A program made the position numbers and the translations under genes. From assembly GCA_013265495.1 (NCBI GenBank), contig MU058449.1, positions 668,176-732,175 on the forward strand: DNA of 64,000 bases, read 5' to 3'. The stretch comes from Vicugna vicugna (lineage: Eukaryota). This document shows, piece by piece, positions 12,999 to 25,754 of the stretch. Position 1 is the stretch's first letter, and every line of letters begins with the position of its first letter. A model generated the notes under the pieces. That model worked only from the letters and a program-made list of their open reading frames with translations. It did no database searches and was not told where the DNA came from.

Positions 12999-13439
12999 GA
13001 TCATTATATACAGTTTCAGTGTTCTGTTTGTCATGGACTTTTTGCATTGGTTTTTACTTTTTAAAGTATTTCTTAAAAGTGCTCTTTACCCAATTGCTGA
13101 GTTTTTAGCACCTTCCTTATATTCCATAGCCAAGGCAAATATCTTACTTTCAGCCCTGCTGTTCATAACATGTGACAAGCATGATATAGTAGAAAGAGTG
13201 AGAGCTTTGAATCAAAAGACTTGTCTTCTACTCTTGTTTAATGAATTAATGTAACCTACCTGAAACTTATGTGTAAAATGAAGATGACAAATAAGAGCTA
13301 CCTCTAGCCCTATAAGGACTATATGATGTATAGTAATTAAACCAGTTATCAAAATATCTGCCAGAGAGTAGCTTTGACCCAATGAAATGTGTCATTGCAG
13401 GAACTTACTGAAGAGGGGTGCCATTTCATTCAGCCTACC

Positions 13440-14375
13440 ATGCTATCCACTGGTAATTCCACTCCCCCAACTTTCTTCCTGACTGGAGTTCCAGGGCTAG
13501 AAGCTTTTCACATCTGGGTTTCCATCCCTTTTTGCTGCCTTTGTGCAATCGCCCTCTTGGGGAACAGCACCATTCTGTATGTAGTGATCACAGACTCCAG
13601 CCTCCATGAGCCCATGTACTATTTCCTCTCCATGCTCTCCACCACTGACATAGGCATCACTATTTCCTCTCTTCCCACAACACTGGGTGTCCTCTGGTTC
13701 AATGCTAGGATCATCAGCCTAGATGCCTGCATTGTGCAAATGTTCTTCCTGCATGGATTCACCCTCATGGAGTCCTCTGTGCTTTTGGCCATGGCTTTTG
13801 ACCGCTTTGTTGCCATCTGCAACCCCCTCAGGTATGCTGTGATTCTAACCAACTCTAGAATTATCAAAGCTGGTGTGGTGATTTTTGTACGAATGCTGAT
13901 CATCCTGATGCCCTTGCTCCTGCTCCTTAAGGGGTTGTCCTTCTGTGGTCCTAATATGCTTTCTCACTCCTATTGCTACCACCCTGATGTGATTAAGTGT
14001 TCTTGCTCAAGTATCAAAGTTAACAGCATCTGTGGCTTAGTTGCTCTCATTCTGACATCGGGTGTAGATATTCCCTGCATTTTACTCTCCTATGTGCTGA
14101 TCATAAAGTCCATCCTCAGCGTCGCCTCTCCAGAGGAGAGGCAAAAGGCTTTTGGCACCTGCATCTCTCACATTGGTGCTGTTGCCATCTTCTATATCCC
14201 CTGGGTCATCCTGGCTTTGGTACATCGATTTGGGCATAAAGCTCCTCCGTATATCCATACACTGATGTCAAATCTCCATTTCCTATTTCCCCCAGTGCTG
14301 AACCCTATTATATATAGTGTGAAGACCAAACAAATCCGTAAAGCTTTCTGCAAGCTGTTTCCAAACACAGATTAG
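13440..14375 (+). CDS. Intact OR51-family olfactory receptor, 311 aa (OR51F-related; positionally may correspond to human OR51N1P)
   Basis: ATG at 13440 (MLSTGNST, N-glycosylation sequon), LHEPMYYFL, MAFDRFVAICNPLRY, SYCYHPD, KAFGTCISH, HRFG, PPVLNPIIYSVKTKQIR. The ORF-track start at 13389 is a GTG upstream of a likely acceptor (ttgcag, 13395-13400). Confidence 0.93.
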   Translation: MLSTGNSTPPTFFLTGVPGLEAFHIWVSIPFCCLCAIALLGNSTILYVVITDSSLHEPMYYFLSMLSTTDIGITISSLPTTLGVLWFNARIISLDACIVQMFFLHGFTLMESSVLLAMAFDRFVAICNPLRYAVILTNSRIIKAGVVIFVRMLIILMPLLLLLKGLSFCGPNMLSHSYCYHPDVIKCSCSSIKVNSICGLVALILTSGVDIPCILLSYVLIIKSILSVASPEERQKAFGTCISHIGAVAIFYIPWVILALVHRFGHKAPPYIHTLMSNLHFLFPPVLNPIIYSVKTKQIRKAFCKLFPNTD

Positions 14376-16767
14376 CCAGTTTGACCATGCAATGATCTAG
14401 AGATAGTCTTCCTTCCTTCCTCTTTTCCTTCTTTTTATTGAGTAACATTAGGCTTTTTCCTAGTTGTGGTAACTAATACAAAATCACGTAAGAATATCCT
14501 TGTCCTCTCAAATAGTTCATGCAATCTACTGGAAAGGACATAAAATTAAATATATAATAACAACAATGGAGGTGAAGTATTGTCACATAATTATATCCAA
14601 GAGGCCATATGGACACTGAAGAAAATATCTAGATCATGTTGGAGACTTAAAGAATTCTTAAAGGAGGTGATTACTTGAACTAAGAAGAATATGTAACACA
14701 TAAAAATGTGAAAACCTTCCAGGCCAAAGGTACAACGCTGTGAAGTCAATTAAATATATATAGCCTGATACACGAAGGAATTGTATGTGGTTTGTATAGG
14801 TGGAGTAAGGGGTCTGTGTGATAGTGGAAGGGAGAAGAGAGGTTTTGTGTGAGATTATAAAGTAGTATTTGTGCTAGTCAAAGCTAAAATATGGAAGATT
14901 AAAGAATGGTCAACTGGAATTGGGAAGTTTTATTAGATTCACTTTTAAGGAACATTCATTGTGCCCTGGAGAAAAACATTCTCCCTTTATTCTTCTGATT
15001 TGAGGTAATCTTCAAGGAATGCTATAGTCTTGTGTTGTTAGTTTGGACTACTTTGTAGTAGTCTTCACTCCCTTAATGCTAGGTAAATTTCCCATCTGTC
15101 CTAGTTCACACATAGGGAGTCTGCAGGTCTGGTATCATGATCTAGTATTGTTGGACTTAAAATGGATTCTGTGATTCTAGTACAGGCTCAAATCCTTAAG
15201 TCCTCAAGAGAAGATAATGAAGATAACAGGATCTCAAGAGCTCAAAGTAGAAGACAGAATTGGTAGTAAAATTTAGTGACTTCTTGTCTCTCCTGACAAT
15301 ATCCAGTTTCTAAATACACTCCCTTTTATCCCCTCACAAAAAATCCTCTAACATAAGATATAAGATATATGAAGGGAGGACAAAATTGGAGAAAGAGTAT
15401 AAAATAATGCACTGAAGGAAAGATATTTTTTGTGCCTTATTTTATATCTCGTAGAAAAATTTACATCTCAAGGTGATGTGTATGTAGCTCATTGAGTTTA
15501 AGAGCATAGTAGCATTTCTGAGCTTACTGTAAATATTAATTTTTTACTTTGTTAAATTTTCCCAAAAGTCGTAGTAAAATTGAACAGACAGTGGTACATA
15601 GAGATGATAAATTAGTAGAACTGTAACATTAATTGTGTACACTGATGTATTTATGTATTAATTATGCACTCTGATCAGCACCTGGCAGGTTCATTATATA
15701 CCTTACCTCACTTTCACCCTCCACAAGTGAAGTCTCACCATTTTATGTGTTTCTTTTCTGTCATAAAGTCTGCGTTCTCTTCTCCTTGCCATTTCTTCTT
15801 CAACAAATAAAAAATTTGGAGATAAAGCTAAAACTGGGCTTACAGAGAACATTTTAGTAGAAAATGCATATATTAGGAAATAAAAAGTCTGAAAACAAAT
15901 TATTTAAGTATCTATCTCTAGAATTTAGGGGGAAAAAAAGTTAAGAACTCCCCAGAAAGGAGAAAAATGAAACAAAATAGTAAATGTTAGTACAAAAATT
16001 TATTTTAAAATTATCCAACAATAAATATGATTAAAAAGACAAAAATTAAAAGACATAAAAATAGGAAGGAAGAAAGAAGAAAGGAAAATGAAGAAAAGAA
16101 TGAAAAAGGGAGGGAGAGAGGGAAGGGCAGGACAGAAGAAGGGAAGACAGACAGGAAGAAAACTGACAGAACAATTGGCTTTAATCTCTAATATATAGGT
16201 TCCAACTTCACATAAACTCTTTGAGAATAGGAAAATAAGGAACACTCCCTAATGAGTTTTATAAAACCAATTTTATTCATCATTGCAGAGAAGGACCCAG
16301 CCAGTGTAACCACACAAAGGAAAATAACACACACACAGAATAAACAGAAAGCAAAGAAGAAATATAAATACTATTACTTATAGAAAACCTGATAGATTGT
16401 ATAGAATACAAAAAAAATCAACAAATAAACTTTTAAATTAAAATGGAGTTAGCAAGACTTATGATACATCACCATACAGAGTATTTTTCATATTTTTCAC
16501 TAACACTTAGAAGAGTAGATTTAAAGTGTTACCATTTAAAATACATGAAAAACCAAACACCAAAGAGTAAACCTCATAAAGGTATAAAGCACCTCTACTC
16601 TGAAAACTATAAAACAGCATTGAAACTACAGAAATCCTGAGTAAATGGAGGTATAAACCATATTCATGGATTGACTGATTCAGTACTTTGAAGTATTATG
16701 AAATAGTCTCCCCAAGATGGTTCAGTACAGTCCCACCAAAACTTCGGAATTTCTGTGTGGATTGGGG

Positions 16768-16789
16768 GTGTGTGTGTGTGTGTGTGTGT
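16768..16789 (+). repeat. (GT)11 microsatellite
   Basis: Counted directly. Confidence 0.9.
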
Positions 16790-17126
16790 TAACTAGTTGT
16801 TCTAAAATTCATAATGAAAATTTAAAAATAAAGTTTTAAGTCTTACCCTATTCAATATCAGAATTATTGCAAAGCTACAGTGATTATGATAATGTGGGTT
16901 TTTTGCCCAGAATTAGAAAAATGGGGAATTAAAGCATAATAGAGTCCAAAACAGACACACTACATAAATGGACACTATTTGTAATAAATATGGAACCATA
17001 GACCAATGGAGAAAACATGATCTCTCCATTGAAAATTGCTGAGTTAATTTTATATTCATGTACAGAAAATAAACTTGACCCTTACCTCATACCATAAACA
17101 AAGATCTGTTCCAAAGGGATTACAGA

Positions 17127-20100
17127 TTTTTTTTAACATTTTTTATTGATTTATAATCATTTTACAACGTTGTGTCAAATTCCAGTGTTCAGCACAATTT
17201 TTTAGTCATTCATGGACATATACACACTCATTGTCACATTTTTTCTCTGTGATTTATCATAACATTTTGTGTATATTTCCCTGTGCTATACAGTGTAATC
17301 TTGTTTATCTATTCTACAATTTTGAAATCCCAGTCTATCCCTTCCCACCCTCTACCCCCCTGGTAACCACAAGTCTGTATTCTCTGTCCATGAGTCTTTA
17401 GATTCCACATATGAGTGATCTCATATGGTATTTTTCTTTCTCTTTCTGGCTTACTTCACTTAGAATGACATTCTCTAGGAGCATCCATGTTGCTGCAAAT
17501 GGCGTTATGTTGTCGGTTTTTATGGCTGAGTAGTATTCCATTGTATAAATATACCACCTCTTCTTTATCCAGTCACCTGTTGATGGACATTTAGGCTGTT
17601 TCCATGTTTTGGCTATTGTAAATAGTGCTGCTATGAACATTGGAGTGCAGGTGTCATCCTGAAGTAGATTTCCTTCTGGATACAAGCCCAGGAGTGGGAT
17701 TCCTGGGTCATATGGTAAGTCTATTCCTAGTCTTTTGAGGAATCTCCACACTGTTTTCCATAGTGGCTGCACCAAACTGCATTCCCACCAGCAGTGTAGG
17801 AGGGTTCCCCTTTCTCCACAGCCTCTCCAGCATTTGTCATTTGTGGATTTTTGAATGACGGCCATTCTGACTGGTGTGAGGTGATACCTCATTGTAGTTT
17901 TGATTTGCATTTCTCTGATAATTAGTGATATTGAGCATTTTTTCATGTGCTTTTTGATCATTTGTATGTCTTCCTTGGAGAATTGCTTGTTTAGGTCTTC
18001 TGCCCATTTTTGGATTGGGTTGTTTATTTTTTTCTTATTGAGTCGTATGAGCTGCTTATATATTTTGGAGATCAAGCCTTTGTCGGTTTCACTTGCAAAA
18101 ATTTTCTCCCATTCCGTAGGTTTTCTTCTTGTTTTATTTCTGGTTTCCTTTGCTCTGCAGAAGCTTGTAAGTTTCATTAGGTCCCATTTGTTTATTCTTG
18201 CTTTTATTTCTTCTAGGAGAAAATTTTTGAAATGTATGTCAGATAATGTTTTGCCTATGTTTTCCTCTAGGAGGTTTATTGTATCTTGTCTTATGTTTAA
18301 GTCTTTAATCCATTTTGAGTTGATTTTTGTATATGGTGTAAGGGTGTGTTCTAGCTTCATTGTTTTACATGCTGCTGTCCAGTTTTCCCAACACCATTTG
18401 CTGAAGAGACTGTCTTTATTCCATTGTATATTCTTGCCTCCTTTGTCGAAGATGAGTTGACCAAAAGTTTGTGGGTTCATTTCTGGGCTCTCTATTCTGT
18501 TCCATTGGTCTATATGTCTGTTTTGGTACCAATACCATGCTGTCTTGATGACTGTAGCTCTATAGTATTGTCTGAAGTCTGGGAGAGTTATTCCTCCAGC
18601 CTCTTTCTTTCTCTTCAGTAATGCTTTAGCAATTCTAGGTCTTTGATGGTTCCATATAAATTTTATTATGATTTGTTCTAGTTCTGTGAAATATGTCCTG
18701 GGTAATTGGATAGGGATTGCATTAAATCTGTAGATTGCCTTGGGCAGTGTGACCATTTTAACAATATTGATTCTTCCAATCCAAGAGCATGGAATATCTT
18801 TCCATTTTTTAAAGTCTTCTTTAATTTCCTTCATCAATGGTTTATAGTTTTCTGTGTATAATTCTTTCACCTCCTTGGTTAGATTTATTCCCAGATATTT
18901 TATTACTTTGGGTGCTATTTTAAAGGGGATTGTTTCTTTACTTTCTTTTTCTGTTGATTTATCGTTAGTGTAAAGAAAGGCAACTGATTTTTGAACATTA
19001 ATTTTGTAACCTGCTACCTTGCTGAATTCTTCGATCAGCTCTAGTAGCTTTTTTGTGGACCTTTTAGGGTTTTCTATATATAGTAACATGTCGTCAGCAT
19101 ATAATGACACTTTTACCTCTTCTTTTCCAATTTGGATCCCTTTTATTTCTTTCTCTTGCCTGATTGCTGTGGCTAGGACTTCCAGGACTATATTGAATAG
19201 GAGTGGTGATAGTGGGCATCCTTGTCTTGTCCCAGATTTTAGTGGGAAGCTTTTGAGTTTTTCACCGTTGAGAACTATGCTGGCTATAGGTTTGTCATAT
19301 ATAGCTTTTATTATGTTGAGATATGTTCCCTCTATACCCACTTTGGCGAGAGTTTTTATCATAAATGGGTGTTGAATTTTATCAAATGCTTTTTCTGCAT
19401 CGATTGAGATGATCATGTGGTTTTTGTCCTTTCTCTTGTTGATGTGATGTATTACATTGATTGATTTGCGTATGTTGAACCAGCCTTGTGTCCCTGGGAT
19501 GAACCCCACTTGGTCATGATGTATAATCTTTTTTATGTGTTGTTGGATTCTATTTGCTAAAATTTTGGTGAGGATTTTGGCGTCTATGTTCATCAGTGAT
19601 ATTGGCCTATAATTCTCTTTTTTTGTAGTGTCTTTGCCTGGTTTTGGTATCAGGGTGATGGTGGCTTCATAGAATGAGTTTGGGAGTATTCCCTCCTTTT
19701 CAATCGTCTGGAAGAGTTTGAGAAGGACTGGTATGAGTTCTTCTTTGTATGTTTGGTAGAATTCCCCGGTGAAGCCGTCCGGTCCTGGACTTTTATTTGT
19801 AGGGAGGTTTTTAATTGCTATTTCTATTTCCTTTCTAGTGATCGGATTGTTCAAGTGTTCAGTTTCTTCTTGATTCAGTTTTGGTGGACAGTATGTTTCC
19901 AGAAACTTGTCCATCTCCTCTAGGTTATCCAGTTTGGTTCCATATAGTTTTTCATAGTATTCTCGTATGATATTCTGTATTTCTATTTTGTTTGTTGTAA
20001 TTTCTCCATTTTCCTTTCTTATTTTGCTAATTTGTGCTATCTCTTTTTTCTTCTTTGTGAGTTTGGTCAGAGGTTTGTCGATTTTATTTACTTTTTCAAA

Positions 20101-20242
20101 AAACCAGCTTTTGGTTTGGTTGATTTTTTCTATGGTCTTGTTAATCTCTATTGTATTTAATTCCTCTCTGATCTTTATTATTTCCTTCCTTCTGCTGCTT
20201 TTTGGGGCTTTTTGTTGTTCTTTTTCTAATTGATTCAGATTT
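17127..20242 (-). mobile_element. Young 5'-truncated LINE-1 with 3'UTR, AATAAA, short poly(A) and 7-bp TSD CAGATTT
   Basis: Unbroken ORF2, 3'UTR at about 17135-17397, poly(A) as T-run 17127-17134, and CAGATTT at both 17123-17129 and 20236-20242. Confidence 0.95.
17398..20242 (-). CDS. L1 ORF2p, N-terminally truncated (no endonuclease; Z, RT and C-terminal CCHC domains present); probably not translated
   Basis: ~945 open codons: [65 protein letters not shown]. No native start codon. Confidence 0.9.
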
Positions 20243-21266
20243 GAATGCAAACAATAAAAGATATAAAGTTCCTATAGATAACATTGGACAATGTATTTAA
20301 GTTGTTGGAGTAAGCAAATATTTCTTTAACATAACATATAAGGCACTAAAAATATGTGTATATATATGTGTGTGTGTATATATGTGTGTGTGTGTGTGTG
20401 TATAAAGAAACCTAGCTTGCTCTAAATGAAAACAGGACATTCTGTCCATCAAAGGACACTTTCAAGAAAGTGAATATTAAAAAGAGGATTTGTGTACTAT
20501 GTGTATAAAGAACTCTATAAAATCAATAATAAAAATCAAACAAGCCAACAGAAAAATGGGGTAAAGTTTGGAATGGGCACTTCATAAGAAACTAGATGCA
20601 AAGTGCAGTTAAACACATGAAAACATGTCTGACATCATTAGTTAGGAAAATGTGAACCAATTAATACCAAAATCAGATAGGCTCTAAAGCTCCAGAAATT
20701 GCTAACATTAAAAATACTGATACCACCAAATAATGGTAAAGATATGAATCAGTGGGAACTCTCACATATTGGTATGAATGTAGATTAGTACAAACTCTTT
20801 CAAAAACTATTTGATAGTGTCTCAAAGTTGACCCAGAAATTTTACTCATAGAATATAACCAATAGAAATGCATATATGTGTGCTCAAAAGACATAATAAT
20901 CTTCCTAGCAGCATTATTTATAACCAAAACCTGAATGCAATGAAAGTGTCCAGAAAAGGAAAAATTGACAATTTTTGGTGTGTTCATACAATTACAAGAA
21001 TGTTTTAAATAATGAACACTTCCAACACACAGCATTGATAAGTCTCATAAAGATAATGTGAAATGAGCCAGAAACAAAAGCATACACACTGCATTACTCA
21101 ATTTATATACTTATATTTTATTATTTTATAAATAAAAATTATAAGCAAACCCATTCTAGGGTGTTGAAAGTCGGGATAATAGTTACTTCTGGTGTAGAAG
21201 GAAGGGATAGCTAATGGGATGCGGCTGGGGATGGGGTACTAGAGGATATCTGGGAAGGATGTATAC

Positions 21267-21497
21267 CAGAAGTGGCAAAATCTGGCCTGGGGGCCAAACC
21301 TGGCCGCCATCTGTTTTATAAATGAAGCTTAATTTGAACCATGCCAGTTCAGAATAGTCTCTGGCTATATCATGCTGTAACATCAAAATTAAGTAGTTAA
21401 GACAGAAAACTCTATGGCCTGAAAAAGCCTAAAATATGTACTATCTAGTCCTTACAGAAAAAAAGAAAGAAAGAAAACTAAACTCACTGGCCTCTAT
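21267..21497 (+). mobile_element. MER58A-like hAT-Charlie MITE
   Basis: cagaagtggcaaaatctggcctgggggccaaacctggccgccatctgttttataaat...tatggcctgaaaaagcctaaaatatgtactatctagtccttacagaaaaa. Confidence 0.8.
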
Positions 21498-21854
21498 TCC
21501 GTATCGTTGGCTGGGTAGCTGTTATGTATGATAAATCATTGAGCAGTGCATTAATGAAATGCATAATTTGATGAATGGATGTTATTATCTTTCTATTAAA
21601 ATTTTATTTACAATCCAACAAATCATTATTTTCTTCCTATGATGTATCCAGATGTGTTGTGGGCGTTTAGATGGTGCATAAAGTGTAAAGTACACAGTCT
21701 TTGTCCTCCAATCACATCAAAGTCTCAATGAAGAGTTGTGGCATGTCACACAGGGCAGGAGTAAATGTCACTGTATGTTAGTGTTTCTACACTCATTAGC
21801 AACAAAAGAGAGTACGTAACAACCAAAACAGATTTGGTTATCTATCTAAGTAGA

Positions 21855-22400
21855 AGTTATCTATAGCTGCATCACAAATTACCACAAATGCAGTGGCTTA
21901 AAAGAAGTAAAAATGTTTATCTCAGAGTTTCTGCCAGTCCAGAGTCTGGGCACAGCTGAGCTGAGTACTCTGCAAGGCTGTAGTCAAGATGTCATTGTGG
22001 CCACGGTCTCTTCTGAGGCTCAGCTAGGGAAGAATATGCTTTCAAGATCACATGGTTGTTGGCAGGATTCAGTTAGTTCCTCATGGCCAGCTGGACTGAG
22101 GAACTCAGTTCTTGCTGACTGCTGGCTAGAGGGGCCACACTGAGTTGCTAGCTGGTTGTTGGCTGAAGACAGCCCTCAGTTCTCTGCCACGTGGGCCCAC
22201 CCTACATGACAGCTTGCTTCATTAAAACCAGGCTTTATGTAACAGAAGCACAGAAATAATATCCTGTCACCTTTGCCATGTTTTTCTGGTTAAAATAAGT
22301 ATAAGACCTACCCACATTCAAGATCAGAGGATTACACAAGGGCTCAAGAAAGCAGGGGTAACCAGGCCCTATTTTATTATTTTATAATCTGTCCCTAACA
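21855..22400 (-). mobile_element. MaLR (MLT1E/F-type) LTR
   Basis: tatctatagctgcatcacaaattaccacaaatgcagtggcttaaaa...ggttgttggcaggattcagt...ggattacacaaggg. Confidence 0.75.
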
Positions 22401-23339
22401 GAAGAATGTGGGTGGAAACCATAGTTAGATTCTAAGCTCTTTAAAGGCAATAGTGGTACAACTTTTCATTCTTTAACACTGACTCACTAAATTTCAAACA
22501 TGATTTGCTCTTAGTTCATTTTTATTGTTGAAGTATCAGTCCAGACATTTGTTGGAGGTTCTAAGTAGAACTATAGTGCTTGAATTGAAACCCTCACACT
22601 TTCTGCCATAAAGAGTTCTCACACAAGGAGGCACAGGAATAATAGCCAAATAGACATTAAAGACAAATAACTAAATGGGGAACACAGTGGATTTATGGAT
22701 ATCTAGGCAAATATATGACTCTCTGCCAGTGTGGGGCTTCTCTGTAGAAGACGCACACAATGTTTGGGTGTGGATTTTTTACCTTTCCTATGGATCTAGA
22801 ATTGCTAGGACTATACGGTAGTCTGCAACCATTACTCAACTGGCCACATTGACAAGAACAACCAAATTCCCCCAGGGGTCTCTATCCTTAAACTTACTAC
22901 TTCGGGAAAATAGCAAGTAAGAGAGCAAGAACACATGCACATGAGACCTCATCATCTACCTATTGTGACTGCAGCCACTAGCAAAATTGGGTCCAATTAA
23001 TATATCAGGAGTTGGCCCATTTGCTGGGAAAAGCAAGTAGGTGGCTGAACAGAGATGGATTTGGGAGAGGATGTATCGTCCTCCCGCTGGATCAGTGTGG
23101 TAGTGTAAAAACAGGCTAGGAGACTGAAGTGCATGTTTTTTCTCTCTTCGTTGTCACCATGCTTATTCCAGTGAACACTGGTTTGCTTTCCTGTCTTCCT
23201 AGCACACTGATAGTCTAGACATAATGACATGCATCTCTCTATTCCCCAGTGCCTAGAACAATGTCTAAGCTTTCCATTTATACAGATTATTTGGTTTATT
23301 TTGCTTTGTATTATTGTCCCTGTGGACCACTGGTCACTT

Positions 23340-23573
23340 GAGTTAATTGCCATATCCCTTCTGAGATCACACAGCACTGTCCTGTATTAACAGATGGAGA
23401 GAAGAGGATTTTGGTATTCTCTGTCTGCAGCCCCAGGGAGATTCACATTTTACCAGTGGCCCCATAGATCAACTCCGCTTTCCTATAAAATCAGTGGCGC
23501 CAGAGCTGTAGCTCATTCTCTCTCTGCTGTTGAAGACAGAGAAGGCTTCTCTTTGCATGTAAAACTGGTAAGA
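23340..23573 (+). promoter_or_regulatory. Putative OR51F1 promoter and non-coding exon 1
   Basis: TAATTG 23344, O/E site CCCCAGGGAG 23431-23440, TATAAAA 23484-23490, Inr TCATTCT (A at 23515), donor CTG|GTAAGA (GT 23568); matching acceptor TTTCTATAG ends at 25732. Confidence 0.65.
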
Positions 23574-24174
23574 AACAAGAGAAAGGTGTTCATTCTGTTG
23601 ATTTTGTGCTTTGTTATCTATTCATAAGTATTCATAGGAGCTAAAGAAAGGCAAATAACATTAGATTTTACCTCATCCATATAACACACAGATGGCTGAG
23701 CTCTTCTAGTTTATAGTTGAATATTACAGTGGGTTTTTTTTTTCTCAGATTGAAGTGAACCCTGGAAACTGGCAATTAAAAGGGAACTGTAGAAAACAAG
23801 CATGAAGGGAATGGTAACAAGTATACTTGTTACAGGGAATTCACTCTCAGGAAGTAAACTCTACCTAGTATTTTAAGAAGCTTGATTGAAAAATAATAGT
23901 ATAATAACAAATACTGCTATTATTTGATTTTAAACCTTCCTAGAATTTATTATAACAATGTAAATTTACTACTTCAAAATTATTTTTCATATTTTAATTG
24001 AATAAGACTCTATAACATTTGTAACATTTCTGAGTGCATTGAGTCAACTGCCTCTTTTATTCTCTGCTGTGTCTACTAAAAACCTCTCTCATCCTCAAAC
24101 CAGCCCCCATTACCTCATAGCCCTTCTGCAGTAAATTTCCTTCTAATCATTCATGGAGGGAAAAAGTAGGCACT

Positions 24175-24565
24175 GGTTTAAAAGGAAGGAAATTCTAACA
24201 TGCTGTGATCTGGGTGACTCTTGAGGACATGGTATTGAGATAAGCCAGTGACAAAAGGATAAATACTCTATGATTCCATGTATATGAGATACTTAGAGTA
24301 GTCAAAATCATAGAGACAGAAAGTAGAATGGTGGTTGCCAGGGGATGGGGAAAGGGGAGAATGAGGAGTTGTTGCTTAATGGCTATGGAGTTTCAGTTTT
24401 ACAAGATAAGGAATTATGGAGATGGATAGTGGTGAAGGTTGCATAACATTATTAATGTATTTAAATCCACTGGACTATACACTTAAAAATGGTTAGGGTA
24501 GTAAACTTTATGTTAGGTGAATTTGACCACAATTTTAAAAACTATAAAAAATAAACTCAAAAAAC
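24175..24565 (+). mobile_element. L1MB-type 3' end
   Basis: aaaaggaaggaaattctaacatgct...gtagtcaaaatcatagagacagaaagtagaatggtggttgccagggg...acacttaaaaatggtt. Confidence 0.8.
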
Positions 24566-25754
24566 AAGTAGCTCTGAGTGACATTTCCCTCAGAGAAGCT
24601 TCCACCAACCTGCCACTGCTAGTGTCAGTGCAGATGTTGGCCCTCATCTTTTGAGGTCTAATTACTGTCATGCTCTGTCATATATTCAGTCACCTGCTGC
24701 TTTCTCATGGACTTTTCTATACCAGTTAACCCCTGTCATTCTATATTTTAATCTCTCAGTATGTACCATATCTTTAATCTCAGTTTAAAAATATGTGCGT
24801 TTCTCTAAGTCTTTCCAGTCTTATGAGAATCTTCCATCCACCTTATGGTCTTCTTTAGTCATGGCTTATTGTTCTTGCATTCACTGATAAGTTTCCAAAA
24901 ATAATATACACTACTTACTTTTCCATTCATTCTTCAAGCCCCTGTAGCAGTTCCTCAGCTTTCATCACTGGACTTCAACTGTTTTTGATTTTGTTTTTGT
25001 TTTTCCTGTGTCATAGAGTCACTAGTCTGCTCTTAGTAGCATTTGAAATTTTCAATCCTCAGAAGAACTGACCACTCAAGCAATTCAGCACTGTTGTTCA
25101 TGTAACACCCAGTCATGGCACCATGCTCTCTTGATTTTAGTGGTTTCTGGAAAGCTGTCTAGTCTCATCTTGCTTTAGTGTATATAGTCTTTTCCAATAA
25201 TTGCTGCAGATTTCCATCTTTACTGGCTTTCTCTTATAAATCTACTCTCTGAAGGTATTCACCCACACTATTGGATTAAAAATGGCACTTAGAATGATAA
25301 CTCCCAAATGTATATTACCAGCAAAAATCTGGAGATGTTTGCCTGGAGATTCACACCCACATGCGCACTGAAGAGTAATGGATATCTTTAGGTGAATTAC
25401 TTTTAGTCATTTCATACACAGTGTATTCAGAATTGAGTGTATTGATTTTTCTTAACTAATTCTCTATTCATTTAATCTTATGATCTGATGGAGCTTAAAA
25501 TTCTGTCAATATAAAATGTAATTATCATCAAAGTGTATAAAATTATATTAACATATTTTCCTTGAATTTCAGAGTAAAATGTTTATTTATATACCTGTAT
25601 ACATGTAATAGAGTTTGACTGAGAGCTTTCACAATGACAGAGTACTTATCTATAACTTTAGATAGTGCTCCTAATCAAAAGAAAATTTATCTAGATATTT
25701 TTATGTAACAACATAATTTACTATTTCTATAGGAGGTGAGCATTGTGAAGAGAA

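Larger units (their letters stand above)
15810..21610 (+). mobile_element. Old degenerate L1M element (ORF2 remnants plus 3'UTR), split by a young L1 (17127-20242) and a MER58 (21267)
   Basis: Decayed ORF2 phrases (aatgcatatattaggaaa; ctctactctgaaaactataaaacagcattgaaa; cttgacccttacctcataccata) continue across the young L1: ...gggattaCAGATTT|gaatgcaaacaataaaag... Confidence 0.75.

Noticed and set aside
13389..13439. 17-aa N-terminal extension of the 13440 OR
   Set aside because: It starts at GTG and spans a probable splice acceptor; ATG 13440 gives a normal-length OR.
17900..20233. Plus-strand ORFs of 65-186 aa
   Set aside because: These are antisense frames of L1 ORF2, a well-known artefact.
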